A stretch of 61,658 nt of DNA, the filler included. It is 6 parts of 6 records of this genome, joined end to end, with 100 filler letters (N's around TTAATTAATTAA, not from the genome) between each part and the next. Parts side by side here need not be neighbours in the genome. Positions count along the whole stretch, not along the records: positions 5,423 to 11,289 come from DRR723986_98914; positions 11,390 to 18,096 come from DRR723986_100097; positions 18,197 to 31,947 come from DRR723986_100284; 3 more parts are not named here. One strand, 5' to 3'. Below, piece by piece: positions 9,241 to 19,189 of the stretch. How positions within the stretch are numbered: the first letter of the stretch is position 1; each line of letters opens with the position of its first letter. Position numbers and translations under genes: made by a program. Below the pieces are notes generated by a model. The model saw only the letters and a program-made list of their open reading frames with translations. It did not search any database and had not been told where the DNA came from.

Positions 9241-9243
9241 GTC

Positions 9244-9927
9244 ATGACACAGGCCTTCGCTAACGGGGAACGCGATGCGGAAATCATCGCGTTCCCCGTG
9301 GCCCGGCACAGCACGGGAGAAACCTCCGGTAGCGCTGATGTCACACCCGAGCCAGACACCCACGCCGTAGTGACGGCGCTTCGTGCCGCAACAGAGGAGG
9401 TGGTGAATGCTCCTGTGGTGCCTCCGGCACGCGAGAGCTCAGACGCGCCTGCCGAAGCTCCGGTGGCGCCCAAAGCCCTCAGAAAAGCGCACAATGTGTC
9501 CCTGCATGCCCTAGCAACTCGAGGGCAATCCCGGGCAGAGATTGAGAAACGCTTAGCGGGCAAGGAATTGTCCCAGGATGTCATTGAGGAAGAAATCGAC
9601 CGGTTGATGGTAGCCGGTCTCATTGATGATGATGCCCTTGCTGCCGATTTGGTCGAAAAATGGGCGGTAAGAGAAGGTATGGGGCGTCACGCGGTGGCCT
9701 CCAAGCTACGTCAACGTCTTTTCTCGGGTGAGGTCATCGAGACCGCACTGGCTGCCTTAGGTGAGGAAGAAGAAAGCGAACGCTTAGAAGAGGTTGCGGC
9801 GGATCGAGCCCGTAAGCTCCAGGGTCTCACCCACGCGGTGGCCAAGCGTCGTCTAGAGGCTTTTCTGGCCCGCAAGGGTTATCGCGGCTCCGAAGTGCGC
9901 GAGGTCATAGCGAGGGTTTTAGGCTAA
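9244..9927 (+). CDS. recX: Regulatory protein RecX with low-complexity N-terminal extension
   Basis: Directly after recA; L..R..S..E...RL, GLIDD..LA and RRL..FLARKGY. Confidence 0.9.
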   Translation: MTQAFANGERDAEIIAFPVARHSTGETSGSADVTPEPDTHAVVTALRAATEEVVNAPVVPPARESSDAPAEAPVAPKALRKAHNVSLHALATRGQSRAEIEKRLAGKELSQDVIEEEIDRLMVAGLIDDDALAADLVEKWAVREGMGRHAVASKLRQRLFSGEVIETALAALGEEEESERLEEVAADRARKLQGLTHAVAKRRLEAFLARKGYRGSEVREVIARVLG

Positions 9928-10983
9928 AACGCCGCTCATGATGGCGGCGAGGTCATCGAACGATGCTCGTGCGGTGGTGAGTTGGTTGGATGTCGCAAAA
10001 CCGATGGCCCCGGTGCCGAGATTCAGGGCTGTTGCGGCGCCATTATCGCTACCCATTCCTACCAGCGGCGGGGTGCCCTTAGCTACGGTGAGCCCCAGTG
10101 AAGCAAGGCCTGCTCGCCGTGTTTTGGCGTCTTCATCGGCGCTGACGCCCAGCCAGGTGGGTTCACACAGTTTTCCTGCCCAGAGCGCGCTCACAAAAGT
10201 AGCGACGTCGTATGCGGTGGAAATCATCGACCCGTGCGCTGCTGAACTAGCCAGAGCCTGGGGCGCCCTCAGCACTTCGGTTGCCTGATAAATCGGCGAT
10301 ATCGAGAAGTACTTTTCGTAGCTGTCGTGGCTAAACGCGTAGGTTCCGGTGAGATTGAGGGGCCCCACAATCCGCAAGTTGACCAGTGCTGGGAAACTCA
10401 TGCCCGTTGTTTCGGTCAGGATTGCCCCGAGAAGTAGGTAATTCGTCGCGGAGTATTCTGGCGCCCGGTCCGCGGAAGGAATGAACCTCCCGGAATAGTG
10501 GCGGGAAAATTCTAGCGCTTGGTCGAGAGACCATGCCCGATCCTGGCGGGTTACTTGTTGCAGGAGGCTGAGGGTATTTTTGCCCGGTGGTGTGAAGTAA
10601 TCAGTAATACCGGAGCGATGCGAGAGCAAGTGGGCGATCGTTATCGATGAACTGTGGTCGATTCCACCCAGGACGCACAGCCCCGACATCGCTTCTTCTG
10701 GCAACACATCGCCTATTCGGGTCTCGAGCGTCAAGGCCCCTCGGTCTAGCTCCCGAAGCACCATCGCCATGGTGAAAAGTTTGGTGAGTCCGCCCACAGC
10801 AACGGGAAGCGTGGTGTCCCCCCAGTCGAGCAGGGGAGTTGCGTCACCCGCGAGAATCAAGGCTCTGGGTTTGTGGACTCCAGGACGGGATTCGATCTTC
10901 CTCAGCGTTCGCGCCACGGAGCGGGGAATTTCACTGTGCTCGGACACGTTTCCCCCTCTCTTCTTAAAGCCTTGGAGCGCCAT
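9919..10983 (-). CDS. Beta-lactamase/serine hydrolase fold protein, probably catalytically degenerate
   Basis: ITIAHLLSHRSG, YS.TNY.LLG and I..PL.L..T; the SxxK motif reads GLTK. Confidence 0.75.
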   Translation of the reverse strand: MALQGFKKRGGNVSEHSEIPRSVARTLRKIESRPGVHKPRALILAGDATPLLDWGDTTLPVAVGGLTKLFTMAMVLRELDRGALTLETRIGDVLPEEAMSGLCVLGGIDHSSSITIAHLLSHRSGITDYFTPPGKNTLSLLQQVTRQDRAWSLDQALEFSRHYSGRFIPSADRAPEYSATNYLLLGAILTETTGMSFPALVNLRIVGPLNLTGTYAFSHDSYEKYFSISPIYQATEVLRAPQALASSAAHGSMISTAYDVATFVSALWAGKLCEPTWLGVSADEDAKTRRAGLASLGLTVAKGTPPLVGMGSDNGAATALNLGTGAIGFATSNQLTTARASFDDLAAIMSGVLA

Positions 10984-11058
10984 CCAATTCTATCCGAGCG
11001 AGGAGCCTGGCTTTAAGGGCACATTTCCCGCTCATGCCGGTCCTCCTAGGATGGAGGT

Positions 11059-11289
11059 GTGAGCATGACCAGCGAAGCGGACACGAGGAACGACGTTGCC
11101 GCGATGATTGCTGCCCTGGATACCAGCCACGGGCGGACATTCGAAGTGCGCACCTTTGGCTGTCAGATGAATGTTCATGATTCGCAGCGCATGACGGGTT
11201 CGCTCGAAGCAGCGGGCTATGTCAAAGCAGAGCCGGGACATCCCGCGGACGTTGTCGTGATCAACACGTGTGCCGTGCGAGAAAACGCC
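11059..11289 (+). CDS. miaB: tRNA methylthiotransferase MiaB, N-terminus (3'-truncated)
   Basis: [12 protein letters not shown]...[10 protein letters not shown]. Confidence 0.9.
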
Positions 11290-11389
11290 NNNNNNNNNNN
11301 NNNNNNNNNNNNNNNNNNNNNNNNNNNNNNNNNTTAATTAATTAANNNNNNNNNNNNNNNNNNNNNNNNNNNNNNNNNNNNNNNNNNNN
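11290..11389. other. Artificial contig spacer
   Basis: 44 N + TTAATTAATTAA + 44 N. Confidence 0.98.
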
Positions 11390-11404
11390 TTTAAAGTCTG
11401 CCAT
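11390..11404 (-). CDS. First five codons (MADFK) of a gene cut by the contig end; possibly a contractile sheath
   Basis: ATG 14 nt after the previous stop; resembles MA.(Y/F)KTPGVY sheath N-termini; context only. Confidence 0.35.
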
Positions 11405-11418
11405 ATTCGGATTGTTTG

Positions 11419-12546
11419 CTAGATGAATACATATATTTCTGAGTTTGCCTCTCCACCACTTTGCTTAGTCGGAGCGGATCGGGATGGATTTGGGAGGTTT
11501 GGGATTAGAATCTGATTTCCAGGAGTTCTTCTAAGCTGAAAATTGAGTTTTGGAATCTCGAAGTATGGAATCTTACTCTTCGAGCGGAAAACCACTGTTT
11601 CCAGATTATTTATTTTAATGTCAGCGTTTGGACTAGCTCCAATCTGGTCAAATGCGTAGGAGCCATAGGGAACGCTGCCTACATTTCCTTGATCCTGAAT
11701 TTGCAGCTGCGTAGCAACTAGATCTATCTTATTGTTGCCATTTACTACGAAATAAGTCCAGCGACTTTCTTTTCTTGAAAAGGAAACTTGATAGTATTCC
11801 ATTGCTCCATAGAGATGATTAGGAGCAGCTTGGTATCGTAATTCAATCAAGCCGAATGGCTGAGCCGAGGCGGATTCACCAAGCCAATACTTCTTGGACC
11901 ACAAGTCATCCGTATCTCCGGAATTTCTAAGTGTGAATGTATAAACACCTTCTTTTTTTCCTTTGAGATCAAAAAGAATTCTAAAAAGACCATTTTCATC
12001 AGGATTGATTTCATATCCATCAGGCAATGGATTTCCAACAGAATCTTTTCCGGCTGATACTACTTCTCCTGCAGCATTTCTGACCTTGAGCCGAACTGAA
12101 GCTGGTATCGGATCTAGTGTGAGCTGCATGGAGAAAGCTTTTGGCCTAAGCCCATCTAATAATTGATAAGACAATTCCTCTGGATTTTCACTCGCCGTTG
12201 AGGCGTTTGCCGGAGTATTTTGAAAAAAAGGAATTTTGCCGGCTTGAAATTCTTCAGAACCATTATTTAGGTCAGTTACCTGAAGAAATGCGCCTGCATT
12301 CTCTGGTTTAAAAAAGAAGAAAAATGACTGGGGTAAAGCTAATGGCGTAAGAGGAGTAGTTTCATCATCTTCTGCACGATAAAGTAATACAATACCTCCA
12401 GGTGTTTTTCTGAATAGGATTTTGCCGTTTTTCATCAAATGCGCGGTTTCAGCTGAAGGCATAAGAATCAGGTCTTTGGCCAAGCCGTCGCGGTAAAAGT
12501 CATGGCGAAGCGCTACTTCGCCGAGGCGGGTGTAGATTATGCTCAT
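11419..12546 (-). CDS. Hypothetical protein, candidate eCIS cap-adaptor-like
   Basis: Overlaps the DUF4255 stop (ATGA); HDFY near the N-terminus, SRWTYF and C-terminal NLPNPS. Confidence 0.55.
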   Translation of the reverse strand: MSIIYTRLGEVALRHDFYRDGLAKDLILMPSAETAHLMKNGKILFRKTPGGIVLLYRAEDDETTPLTPLALPQSFFFFFKPENAGAFLQVTDLNNGSEEFQAGKIPFFQNTPANASTASENPEELSYQLLDGLRPKAFSMQLTLDPIPASVRLKVRNAAGEVVSAGKDSVGNPLPDGYEINPDENGLFRILFDLKGKKEGVYTFTLRNSGDTDDLWSKKYWLGESASAQPFGLIELRYQAAPNHLYGAMEYYQVSFSRKESRWTYFVVNGNNKIDLVATQLQIQDQGNVGSVPYGSYAFDQIGASPNADIKINNLETVVFRSKSKIPYFEIPKLNFQLRRTPGNQILIPNLPNPSRSAPTKQSGGEANSEIYVFI

Positions 12547-13151
12547 GATTTATGAAGAGTATCGAGATGTATTTTTTCAATCGGATCTCCGCTTTCCTGA
12601 ATAGCGTTTTCCTGAATTTTCAGGGTCTTAACCTTATATAAAACAGAGGGTAGGTATTTTGCGCCCACCACTGTCCAGAAGTTATAGAGCTGCTCGAAAG
12701 AATAACTGTATAGCTCAACGACAATTTTTGAAAGTTCAGGATCGAAGTTTGCCAAGCCAGGACTGTTTTCTTTCGTGAATACATTTTTGGATTGGAAGAA
12801 AGCAATGGCGTATCCCAATTGCTTGAGTCCTTCCACATAGTCATCTGAGGAATCATTTAACTTTTTGTTCTGGAAGTTTGCAGTGATCAACACATATAGA
12901 TTCAGTTGTATCTCTGGATTTCTCTTTTCAGTCTTTCCGACAGCATTGATATAGGTACTACGCTGTTCCTTGATCGTGCGCTCTTCTTCTATATTTATAA
13001 GTGAAAGGCCAAGGCTTTGATCGGGTATAGCGAGCCCAGATTCATTGGTGACACTGGAGAGATAAATTCTATTCCCCATCGTATCACCTACCTTTAGCTT
13101 GATAAAGGCATTGAGTTCTGCGGTTAAAAATTCCAAAGTGGAGTGGATCAT
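12543..13151 (-). CDS. DUF4255 / Pvc16-Afp16-like eCIS cap (tail terminator) protein
   Basis: LSLINIEEE, P...LNLYVLI.ANF, Y.EGLK.L...I.FFQ...F and SFEQL...W...G.KYLPSVLYK. Confidence 0.85.
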   Translation of the reverse strand: MIHSTLEFLTAELNAFIKLKVGDTMGNRIYLSSVTNESGLAIPDQSLGLSLINIEEERTIKEQRSTYINAVGKTEKRNPEIQLNLYVLITANFQNKKLNDSSDDYVEGLKQLGYAIAFFQSKNVFTKENSPGLANFDPELSKIVVELYSYSFEQLYNFWTVVGAKYLPSVLYKVKTLKIQENAIQESGDPIEKIHLDTLHKS

Positions 13152-13393
13152 GTCTGTATAAAAAATGTTTAAAAAACCAGTTAAAAACCTTTGTCAAGGT
13201 ATTGAACTTAGCTTGCAAAAGACAGGAAATAATATGGCGGAATTATGCAATAATTAAGAATTAAAAAATTACAATTCGCTGAAAATCATTTGAATAGTTA
13301 AAATATGTGTTTAACTATTGACATTTATCATTCTCAATAATTCAGAAAGTGATGACGCTTTCAGGAGAATAATTCGTTTGGGAGCTGTAGTGA

Positions 13394-14773
13394 TTAGAAA
13401 ATTTGGTTTTTCGTTTTTGCAGTGATCCAACCATCATATCTAATTAGCTCCGAAGAGCTGGGTCTCCACTCTAAGCCTTCATTTTCATTTTGAAGTTTAA
13501 AGAGAACTGGATCATAGACGTAATCCTGCAAGCCCGCATTAAAAAGTGATTTTTGCATTTTTGAAAAAACTTGGAACGAGAGGTGAATTCGTTTTAGGGT
13601 CTTGCACTTATACCTTGAAATTAATTTTCTGAAGTTATCAATTTTATATTCTAGCCAGTCTTCATCATTTTGCTCAAAAACGATCATAATCTCCAACATT
13701 TTTGAGCCTAAATAGTATTCAGAATTACTCTTCAGATATTTTTGGCATGAATGAATCTCCTTCAATGCAGTTTTAAAATTGCCTTGTTTGAAATAAATGT
13801 AGGCTTCTAGATAACTCCATTTTTTATCTTGTGAGGAATCCAATTTCATCAGATTTTTTCGAAGAATTTGATGTGCTTCCTCGATTCTATTTAAATGGAA
13901 TAAGGCATACCAATGATTTAGTGAAAACCGAAGTTTATTTTCAATGGAGAATTTAATTGGGTTTACCGAGTATATGCACTCCTTCAATACTTCGGTATAT
14001 TCCCGCTTAGCAAGAAGTATAGAGGTCTTGGTTAATACTAATTCATCTTTTGTTCGAGACTCTGTATTCTGATTTAAATCCAATTCTGCTTCATTGACCT
14101 GAGTCAAGGCTTTTTCATAATCTTTATGTTGTATGGCTCGGTTAATATCGTCCAATATAACCCAGGATTTGCGGCTATAGTTAAGTTGACGAATCATCGT
14201 CTTTAAATGCTCATTTTTTGACTCCTTTTGATCTGTAGGTTTTTTATAGTTTTCCTTGATTAATAACTGTAAGTGACTTTTAATCGCAATCTCGAGTTCT
14301 GGCAAGTCATTGTTGTTCAAAACCTCGCAAATTCCAAAGCGGGAAGCTGTACTGTAAATCGTTAGGACCAAATCATGAAAGCCATTTTTAATGGCCATTT
14401 TGAGGCCACGTTCTAGTAATTTAGAACCCTCATTTCGTATGCCTCTAGCAAGAATTAGCTCGCTTTTCAAAAGTAATTCGGAACATTCGATGTGAAGCTG
14501 ATTTTCCCGCTTGATACAGCTTGGCTTAAGTATTAATAATAGTTCTTCAAACTCATCTTTCACTCTTTTTTTGAGTTGAAAATATGCTGAACCTTCTTGC
14601 TTTTTATAGATTTTCTGAGAGTACTCTGTATCGCTAAGCCCAGGTTGGTTTACAAAGAGTTTCATGAGCATCAGTTTCTTTGAACCAGGAGGGTTTTTGA
14701 TTTTAGCAAATTCTAGCAACTGCGTTTTTTCTGGCAATGAACATGCTTCCAACAATTGGTTGATAGATTCCAT
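13394..14773 (-). CDS. Hypothetical all-helical (TPR-like) protein, possible regulator
   Basis: 459 aa, AT-rich, amphipathic helical repeats, no signal peptide. Confidence 0.6.
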   Translation of the reverse strand: MESINQLLEACSLPEKTQLLEFAKIKNPPGSKKLMLMKLFVNQPGLSDTEYSQKIYKKQEGSAYFQLKKRVKDEFEELLLILKPSCIKRENQLHIECSELLLKSELILARGIRNEGSKLLERGLKMAIKNGFHDLVLTIYSTASRFGICEVLNNNDLPELEIAIKSHLQLLIKENYKKPTDQKESKNEHLKTMIRQLNYSRKSWVILDDINRAIQHKDYEKALTQVNEAELDLNQNTESRTKDELVLTKTSILLAKREYTEVLKECIYSVNPIKFSIENKLRFSLNHWYALFHLNRIEEAHQILRKNLMKLDSSQDKKWSYLEAYIYFKQGNFKTALKEIHSCQKYLKSNSEYYLGSKMLEIMIVFEQNDEDWLEYKIDNFRKLISRYKCKTLKRIHLSFQVFSKMQKSLFNAGLQDYVYDPVLFKLQNENEGLEWRPSSSELIRYDGWITAKTKNQIF

Positions 14774-14895
14774 AAAAAAGTATTAAAGGCGTAAAAAAGG
14801 GTTGACTAGGCCTAAAATACGATTTATTTACCTGGTAATCAAATCATTAAAACATAAGTTGCCCTTAAGGTGTAGTGCCTAAAACAAGGGGAACC

Positions 14896-16275
14896 TTACT
14901 TTATCAAAGTGAAAACACCGGCAGAGGTTTTTTTGTACTGACTTTCCAAAGCCGGAAATTGCTTGAGTAGTGTTTCGAAATCGCCATTAGGATCTATGAC
15001 TTTGGATGGCAGCTGCTTTTGAAGCATTTGAAAAAGTCTTGCCTTTTCTCTTAAATCCCGATCTTGATCCAGATACAGTTTACTTAGCCGATAATTTAAA
15101 AATGGCCCGCCAATTCTGGTGTTAAGGTATGGAGCGAGATTGTCTCCCATTATCAGGATATCACCAGAATAATTAGATTCATTTTGTCCTACAAAATATT
15201 CCGAATCCGTGATTTTTTGTTGCCAATACCATATTCCAGCCACTGGAAGCCCTACTACTAATAGGTAAAAGGCAATTTTCGCAATTATTTCTTTTTTGAT
15301 ATTCAGGAAAAACTGATTAATCAAATAAGTAAGGCCTGGGATTAAAATCACCAATTGATAAGCTGCCTGTTTTTTGATAATAAAGTATTCAGCGGCTGAA
15401 AAGACCAACCAGATTAGTATAAGCTGCCTTTGCTTTTGTTGATTGATAGTAGATCCTCGCATGACTGTAGCTATAAAATAACCTACCACTGCTAATGAAA
15501 GAGGGAATATTCCTAGAATTAGCCAGTCAATTAGAGATTGATATTCATATTTTTCTGATAGAAAAGTGAGTGGCCAGATTTGTATAGCTTCTTCCAAGCC
15601 ATCGTTCCAAAAGTAAAATACTGTGATCAACAATATTGGCAGAAAATATCCGACTAAAGAAAGCATCAACTGCCGGAAGGAAAAGCTACTGATCGCAATT
15701 CCAGTGAATATCATATAAGGCAGAAATAGGATATAATTAGGTTGGAAGCCTGTGGCCAATCCAGCATAAATACCAAGTAAAAGAGTGGCTTCACTTGCTT
15801 TTTGCAGTACAGTTTGTGAGAAAAGCTGTCCAAGAGCAAGTATTAAAAAGGTGCTGCCAAGTAACGCCGGGCTTAAGCTCAACATATCAAATGAAAAATG
15901 GAAGAGCGCAGCCATAATAATAGCTGGAAGATAGGTATTGATGTCAAAGGCCTTAAATTTGATCAACATGGAATTCCAATACAGAATCTGGAAAGAAATC
16001 AAAAGCCTTCCCACCACTTCATAAGCAAGGAGGCTGCGACCAAACAGCAAGTCCATTAAAGTGAAGAAACCCGCAGATAGAGGACCATTGTCGTCTATAA
16101 TATCCTGATATAAAAAATAACCTTGCTCCAGGCGCTCTCCAAGAAGCATCCACATCAATTGTGGGTTGGTAATAGGAAAAGGATTTAGCATCAAATAGGC
16201 TAATGTCAGCAGTAGAACGTATATTCCTATGCCGATTAGCCTGAAGGGATCATTTAATTTGAAAAAGCTGAACAA
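14896..16275 (-). CDS. Polytopic membrane protein (DUF6427-like)
   Basis: About 11-12 hydrophobic segments; divergent from rbfA; TTG start. Confidence 0.65.
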   Translation of the reverse strand: MFSFFKLNDPFRLIGIGIYVLLLTLAYLMLNPFPITNPQLMWMLLGERLEQGYFLYQDIIDDNGPLSAGFFTLMDLLFGRSLLAYEVVGRLLISFQILYWNSMLIKFKAFDINTYLPAIIMAALFHFSFDMLSLSPALLGSTFLILALGQLFSQTVLQKASEATLLLGIYAGLATGFQPNYILFLPYMIFTGIAISSFSFRQLMLSLVGYFLPILLITVFYFWNDGLEEAIQIWPLTFLSEKYEYQSLIDWLILGIFPLSLAVVGYFIATVMRGSTINQQKQRQLILIWLVFSAAEYFIIKKQAAYQLVILIPGLTYLINQFFLNIKKEIIAKIAFYLLVVGLPVAGIWYWQQKITDSEYFVGQNESNYSGDILIMGDNLAPYLNTRIGGPFLNYRLSKLYLDQDRDLREKARLFQMLQKQLPSKVIDPNGDFETLLKQFPALESQYKKTSAGVFTLIK

Positions 16276-16339
16276 GGTAAATTGGAGAAGAGTGTTTGGT
16301 TGGTTTTGCCCGAAATTAAAGCTTGCCCAACTATTTCGC

Positions 16340-16347
16340 TAAATTTG
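16340..16347 (+). promoter_or_regulatory. Bacteroidota -7 promoter element
   Basis: TAAATTTG 17 nt before the rbfA ATG. Confidence 0.5.
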
Positions 16348-16364
16348 TACCACAAATACTTCAT

Positions 16365-16751
16365 ATGGAAAGTAAAAGACAACAAAAATATGCCAAGCTT
16401 ATCCAAAAAGAGCTTGGAGATATATTTCAAAAAGAATCAAAACACCTAGTCGGACGTGCTATGGTGACGATTACTCGTGTGATGATGAGCCCTGATTTGG
16501 GATTGGCAAAAGTTTACCTAAGCTTTTTATTGGCTGATCCAGAAGCGACTTACAAGTTGATCAATGAGCACAAAAAGGAAATTAGACATCAATTAGCCAA
16601 GAGAATCGGAAAATCAGTTCGAGTAATTCCTGAAATCGCATTCTTCCCTGATGATTCGGCTGCCTATGCTCAGCATATGGACAAGGTGATTTCTAACCTA
16701 GCTATTCCACCAGCGCCGCCTGAAGAAGAAGATCAAGAGGAAGAGGATTAA
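16365..16751 (+). CDS. rbfA: Ribosome-binding factor A
   Basis: MES.RQ.K....IQKEL..IF, V.MSPDL..AKVYLS and R.IPE..FF.DDS; start moved to ATG 16365. Confidence 0.93.
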   Translation: MESKRQQKYAKLIQKELGDIFQKESKHLVGRAMVTITRVMMSPDLGLAKVYLSFLLADPEATYKLINEHKKEIRHQLAKRIGKSVRVIPEIAFFPDDSAAYAQHMDKVISNLAIPPAPPEEEDQEEED

Positions 16752-16762
16752 TCCAGCTATCG

Positions 16763-17989
16763 TTGAATCTCAGCTTTTTCATAGCCACCAGATATTTTCG
16801 CAGTAAAAAGAAGCGAAACTTCATCACTATTTTGTCCAGGATTTCTATGATAGGAGTCGCAGTGGGCACGATGGCGCTGGTGATTGTCATGTCTGTATTC
16901 AATGGCTTGGAAGATTTGATTCGCGGTATCTTTGCCAGCTTCGATGCGGAGTTGAAAATAGAGGCAGCTGTTGGTAAAAGCTTTATGACCAACGAAGAGT
17001 GGCTGGATAGTATCAAAAACCTAGAAGGGGTAGCAATTCTAACTGAGGTCATTGAAGACAATGTACTGTTAGACTACAACGGCAACCAAATGGTAGGTAG
17101 AATCAAGGGTGTTTCAGAGAATTTTCTCGACCAGGGAAGATTCGCCAATGGTTATTTTTGGGGTGACACTACGCTAGGCACTGAACATAATCCTGCAGCA
17201 ATTCTTGGAAGAGGTGTGGGCTTTTTCCTTTCGGTCAATCTTGAGAATGTCAATGTGCCTTTAAAAATCTATTATCCAAAAGCACCTAGAAGTGCGGCTA
17301 CTATCGATCCCACTCAGTTTTATGAAACTGCAGTCCTAGACCCTGTAGCCTATTTTAGCATTGATCGGCAATTTGATGACGAATATGTGATAGCGCCCCT
17401 GTCTTTTGTAAAGAAGTTGTTGAAATATGGTGATAAAAGGACGTCACTTGAAGTGAAAGTAGCCGAAGGATATTCTATCGCAGAAGTCCACAAAACACTA
17501 AAAGCACATTTAGGGGAAAATTTTCTGGTGAAAAACGCAGACGAACAGCATGCAGGATTGATCCGGACCGTCCAGATGGAAAAGTTATTTGTGTTTCTTA
17601 CACTTACTTTTATTCTTGCGATAGCCTCTTTTAATATTTTCTTTTCACTCAGCATGTTAGCAATAGAAAAAAAGAAGGATATAGCTGTGCTGAAGGCCAT
17701 GGGAGCACCAGAGAAACTAATCAGAAGAATTTTCCTAAAGCAGGGTGCTATGATTGCTTTTAGTGGTGCAGCAATTGGTCTTATACTTGGTTATTTAGTA
17801 TGCTTTCTCCAAAAGACATTTGGTTTAGTATCTCTTGGTATTTCATCGGCGGTTGTCGATGCTTATCCTGTTAAAATGATTTGGAGCGACTTTTTCTGGA
17901 TTAGTATTGCGATGGTTGGAATCACTTTTTTGGCTTCCTCACGGCCAGCTTGGATAGCATCGCAGGTTAATACGGTCAAGGAGATTTAA
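16763..17989 (+). CDS. LolC/E-type ABC transporter permease (MacB/FtsX domains)
   Basis: IA.RYF.SKK, SVFNG.E, EKKKDIA.L.AMGA and YPV. Confidence 0.88.
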   Translation: MNLSFFIATRYFRSKKKRNFITILSRISMIGVAVGTMALVIVMSVFNGLEDLIRGIFASFDAELKIEAAVGKSFMTNEEWLDSIKNLEGVAILTEVIEDNVLLDYNGNQMVGRIKGVSENFLDQGRFANGYFWGDTTLGTEHNPAAILGRGVGFFLSVNLENVNVPLKIYYPKAPRSAATIDPTQFYETAVLDPVAYFSIDRQFDDEYVIAPLSFVKKLLKYGDKRTSLEVKVAEGYSIAEVHKTLKAHLGENFLVKNADEQHAGLIRTVQMEKLFVFLTLTFILAIASFNIFFSLSMLAIEKKKDIAVLKAMGAPEKLIRRIFLKQGAMIAFSGAAIGLILGYLVCFLQKTFGLVSLGISSAVVDAYPVKMIWSDFFWISIAMVGITFLASSRPAWIASQVNTVKEI

Positions 17990-18096
17990 CTTTTTTAAAT
18001 AAGCAGTTTTCATGAATTAGGTATCCTAATTTATCGCACAAAACTTATCAGAAATTCTGGTCACAATATTAATTTTTGTGATTATCCGCAATGATG

Positions 18097-18196
18097 NNNN
18101 NNNNNNNNNNNNNNNNNNNNNNNNNNNNNNNNNNNNNNNNTTAATTAATTAANNNNNNNNNNNNNNNNNNNNNNNNNNNNNNNNNNNNNNNNNNNN
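18097..18196. other. Artificial contig spacer
   Basis: 44 N + TTAATTAATTAA + 44 N. Confidence 0.98.
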
Positions 18197-18222
18197 CTTG
18201 GGGTTTCTTTTCCTCCTGCCAT
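18197..18222 (-). CDS. gldM: GldM/PorM N-terminus (truncated)
   Basis: MAGGKETP(R) directly downstream of gldL. Confidence 0.75.
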
Positions 18223-18294
18223 GATTATTAAGTTTTTTTAATTAATTAAACATTTACTTTTTGTCAATTCTAATTCTTTAGAAAGTAACATTAA

Positions 18295-19137
18295 TTAATC
18301 TCTACTAATAGTCATTGCTTTCAACATGTTACCATATACTTGATTTAAATCAGTCAAGTTTTTAGATAACATAGCCATGTTTTCTTTATAAAGTCGAGTA
18401 TCTTCAACTGAATCGCTCAAGTTAGACATCATTTCAGTTACTTGAGATTGGAATTTCTCAGTAGCCTCTAAATGATTCGAAGAACCTTTCAATTGTAGTT
18501 CATATACATTATTTAAAGCAGCTAAGTTCGTAGAAACTTTTTGTAACTGCTCTCCAAAAGACTGACCTTCATCTGCTGAAGAAGTCAAACCTAATAATGA
18601 CTCAGAAGCTCTTTCATAAGTATTAGACAAAGTCTTAACTTGCTCAGAAGCACCTTCAAGACTAGCAACATAAGAATCAGTTGCAGCTGCTGCACCAGAA
18701 ACTGCTTTTAATCCTTCAGCATTATCACTAAGCGTTCTAATACCGTCACCTAATCTATTTAATAATTCTGCATCTATTTTAGCCTCTTCTAAAAGATTAT
18801 CAAATTGCTCAGTAATACCAGTTACGGTACCACCTCCGCCGCCACCACCGTGCGCGCCTGATTCACCTTTTTCATCAATATAGGCATGTAAGTCAAAATC
18901 TTCGTCATGAGCCAATGCCAATTCAGGATATACTAACTCCCATTTTGGATCCTCATGCAAAGGTTCAAATGCGGAGAAAAAGAAAATTACTGCTTCAGTA
19001 GATAATCCACCTACAAGCATTGCCCCCGCTCCTGGCCAGTGCATGATTTTAAACATTGCTCCGACAATTACTACCGCTGCACCGATACCGTACAGCTTTG
19101 CCATAAATAATTTCCATTTTTTAGTTCCTGGTCTCAT
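18295..19137 (-). CDS. gldL: T9SS/gliding motor protein GldL/PorL
   Basis: YGIGAAVVIVGA.FKI.HW, TEA.IF..SAFEP and W.LVYPEL; C-terminal LN.VYGNML.AM. Confidence 0.95.
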   Translation of the reverse strand: MRPGTKKWKLFMAKLYGIGAAVVIVGAMFKIMHWPGAGAMLVGGLSTEAVIFFFSAFEPLHEDPKWELVYPELALAHDEDFDLHAYIDEKGESGAHGGGGGGGTVTGITEQFDNLLEEAKIDAELLNRLGDGIRTLSDNAEGLKAVSGAAAATDSYVASLEGASEQVKTLSNTYERASESLLGLTSSADEGQSFGEQLQKVSTNLAALNNVYELQLKGSSNHLEATEKFQSQVTEMMSNLSDSVEDTRLYKENMAMLSKNLTDLNQVYGNMLKAMTISRD

Positions 19138-19189
19138 AGTTTCCTTGCTTTTAGTTTAACATTTATTTATTTGGTTATAATTTACTTTT

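Noticed and set aside
8554-9363. 269-aa ORF antisense to recA, and similar shadow ORFs on groEL, ftsH, topA and the S8 gene
   Set aside because: Expected antisense artefacts of strongly biased genes; no motifs
18238-18249. TTAATTAATTAA outside a spacer
   Set aside because: Lies in the AT-rich gldL-gldM gap with normal gene order on both sides, so most likely natural chance
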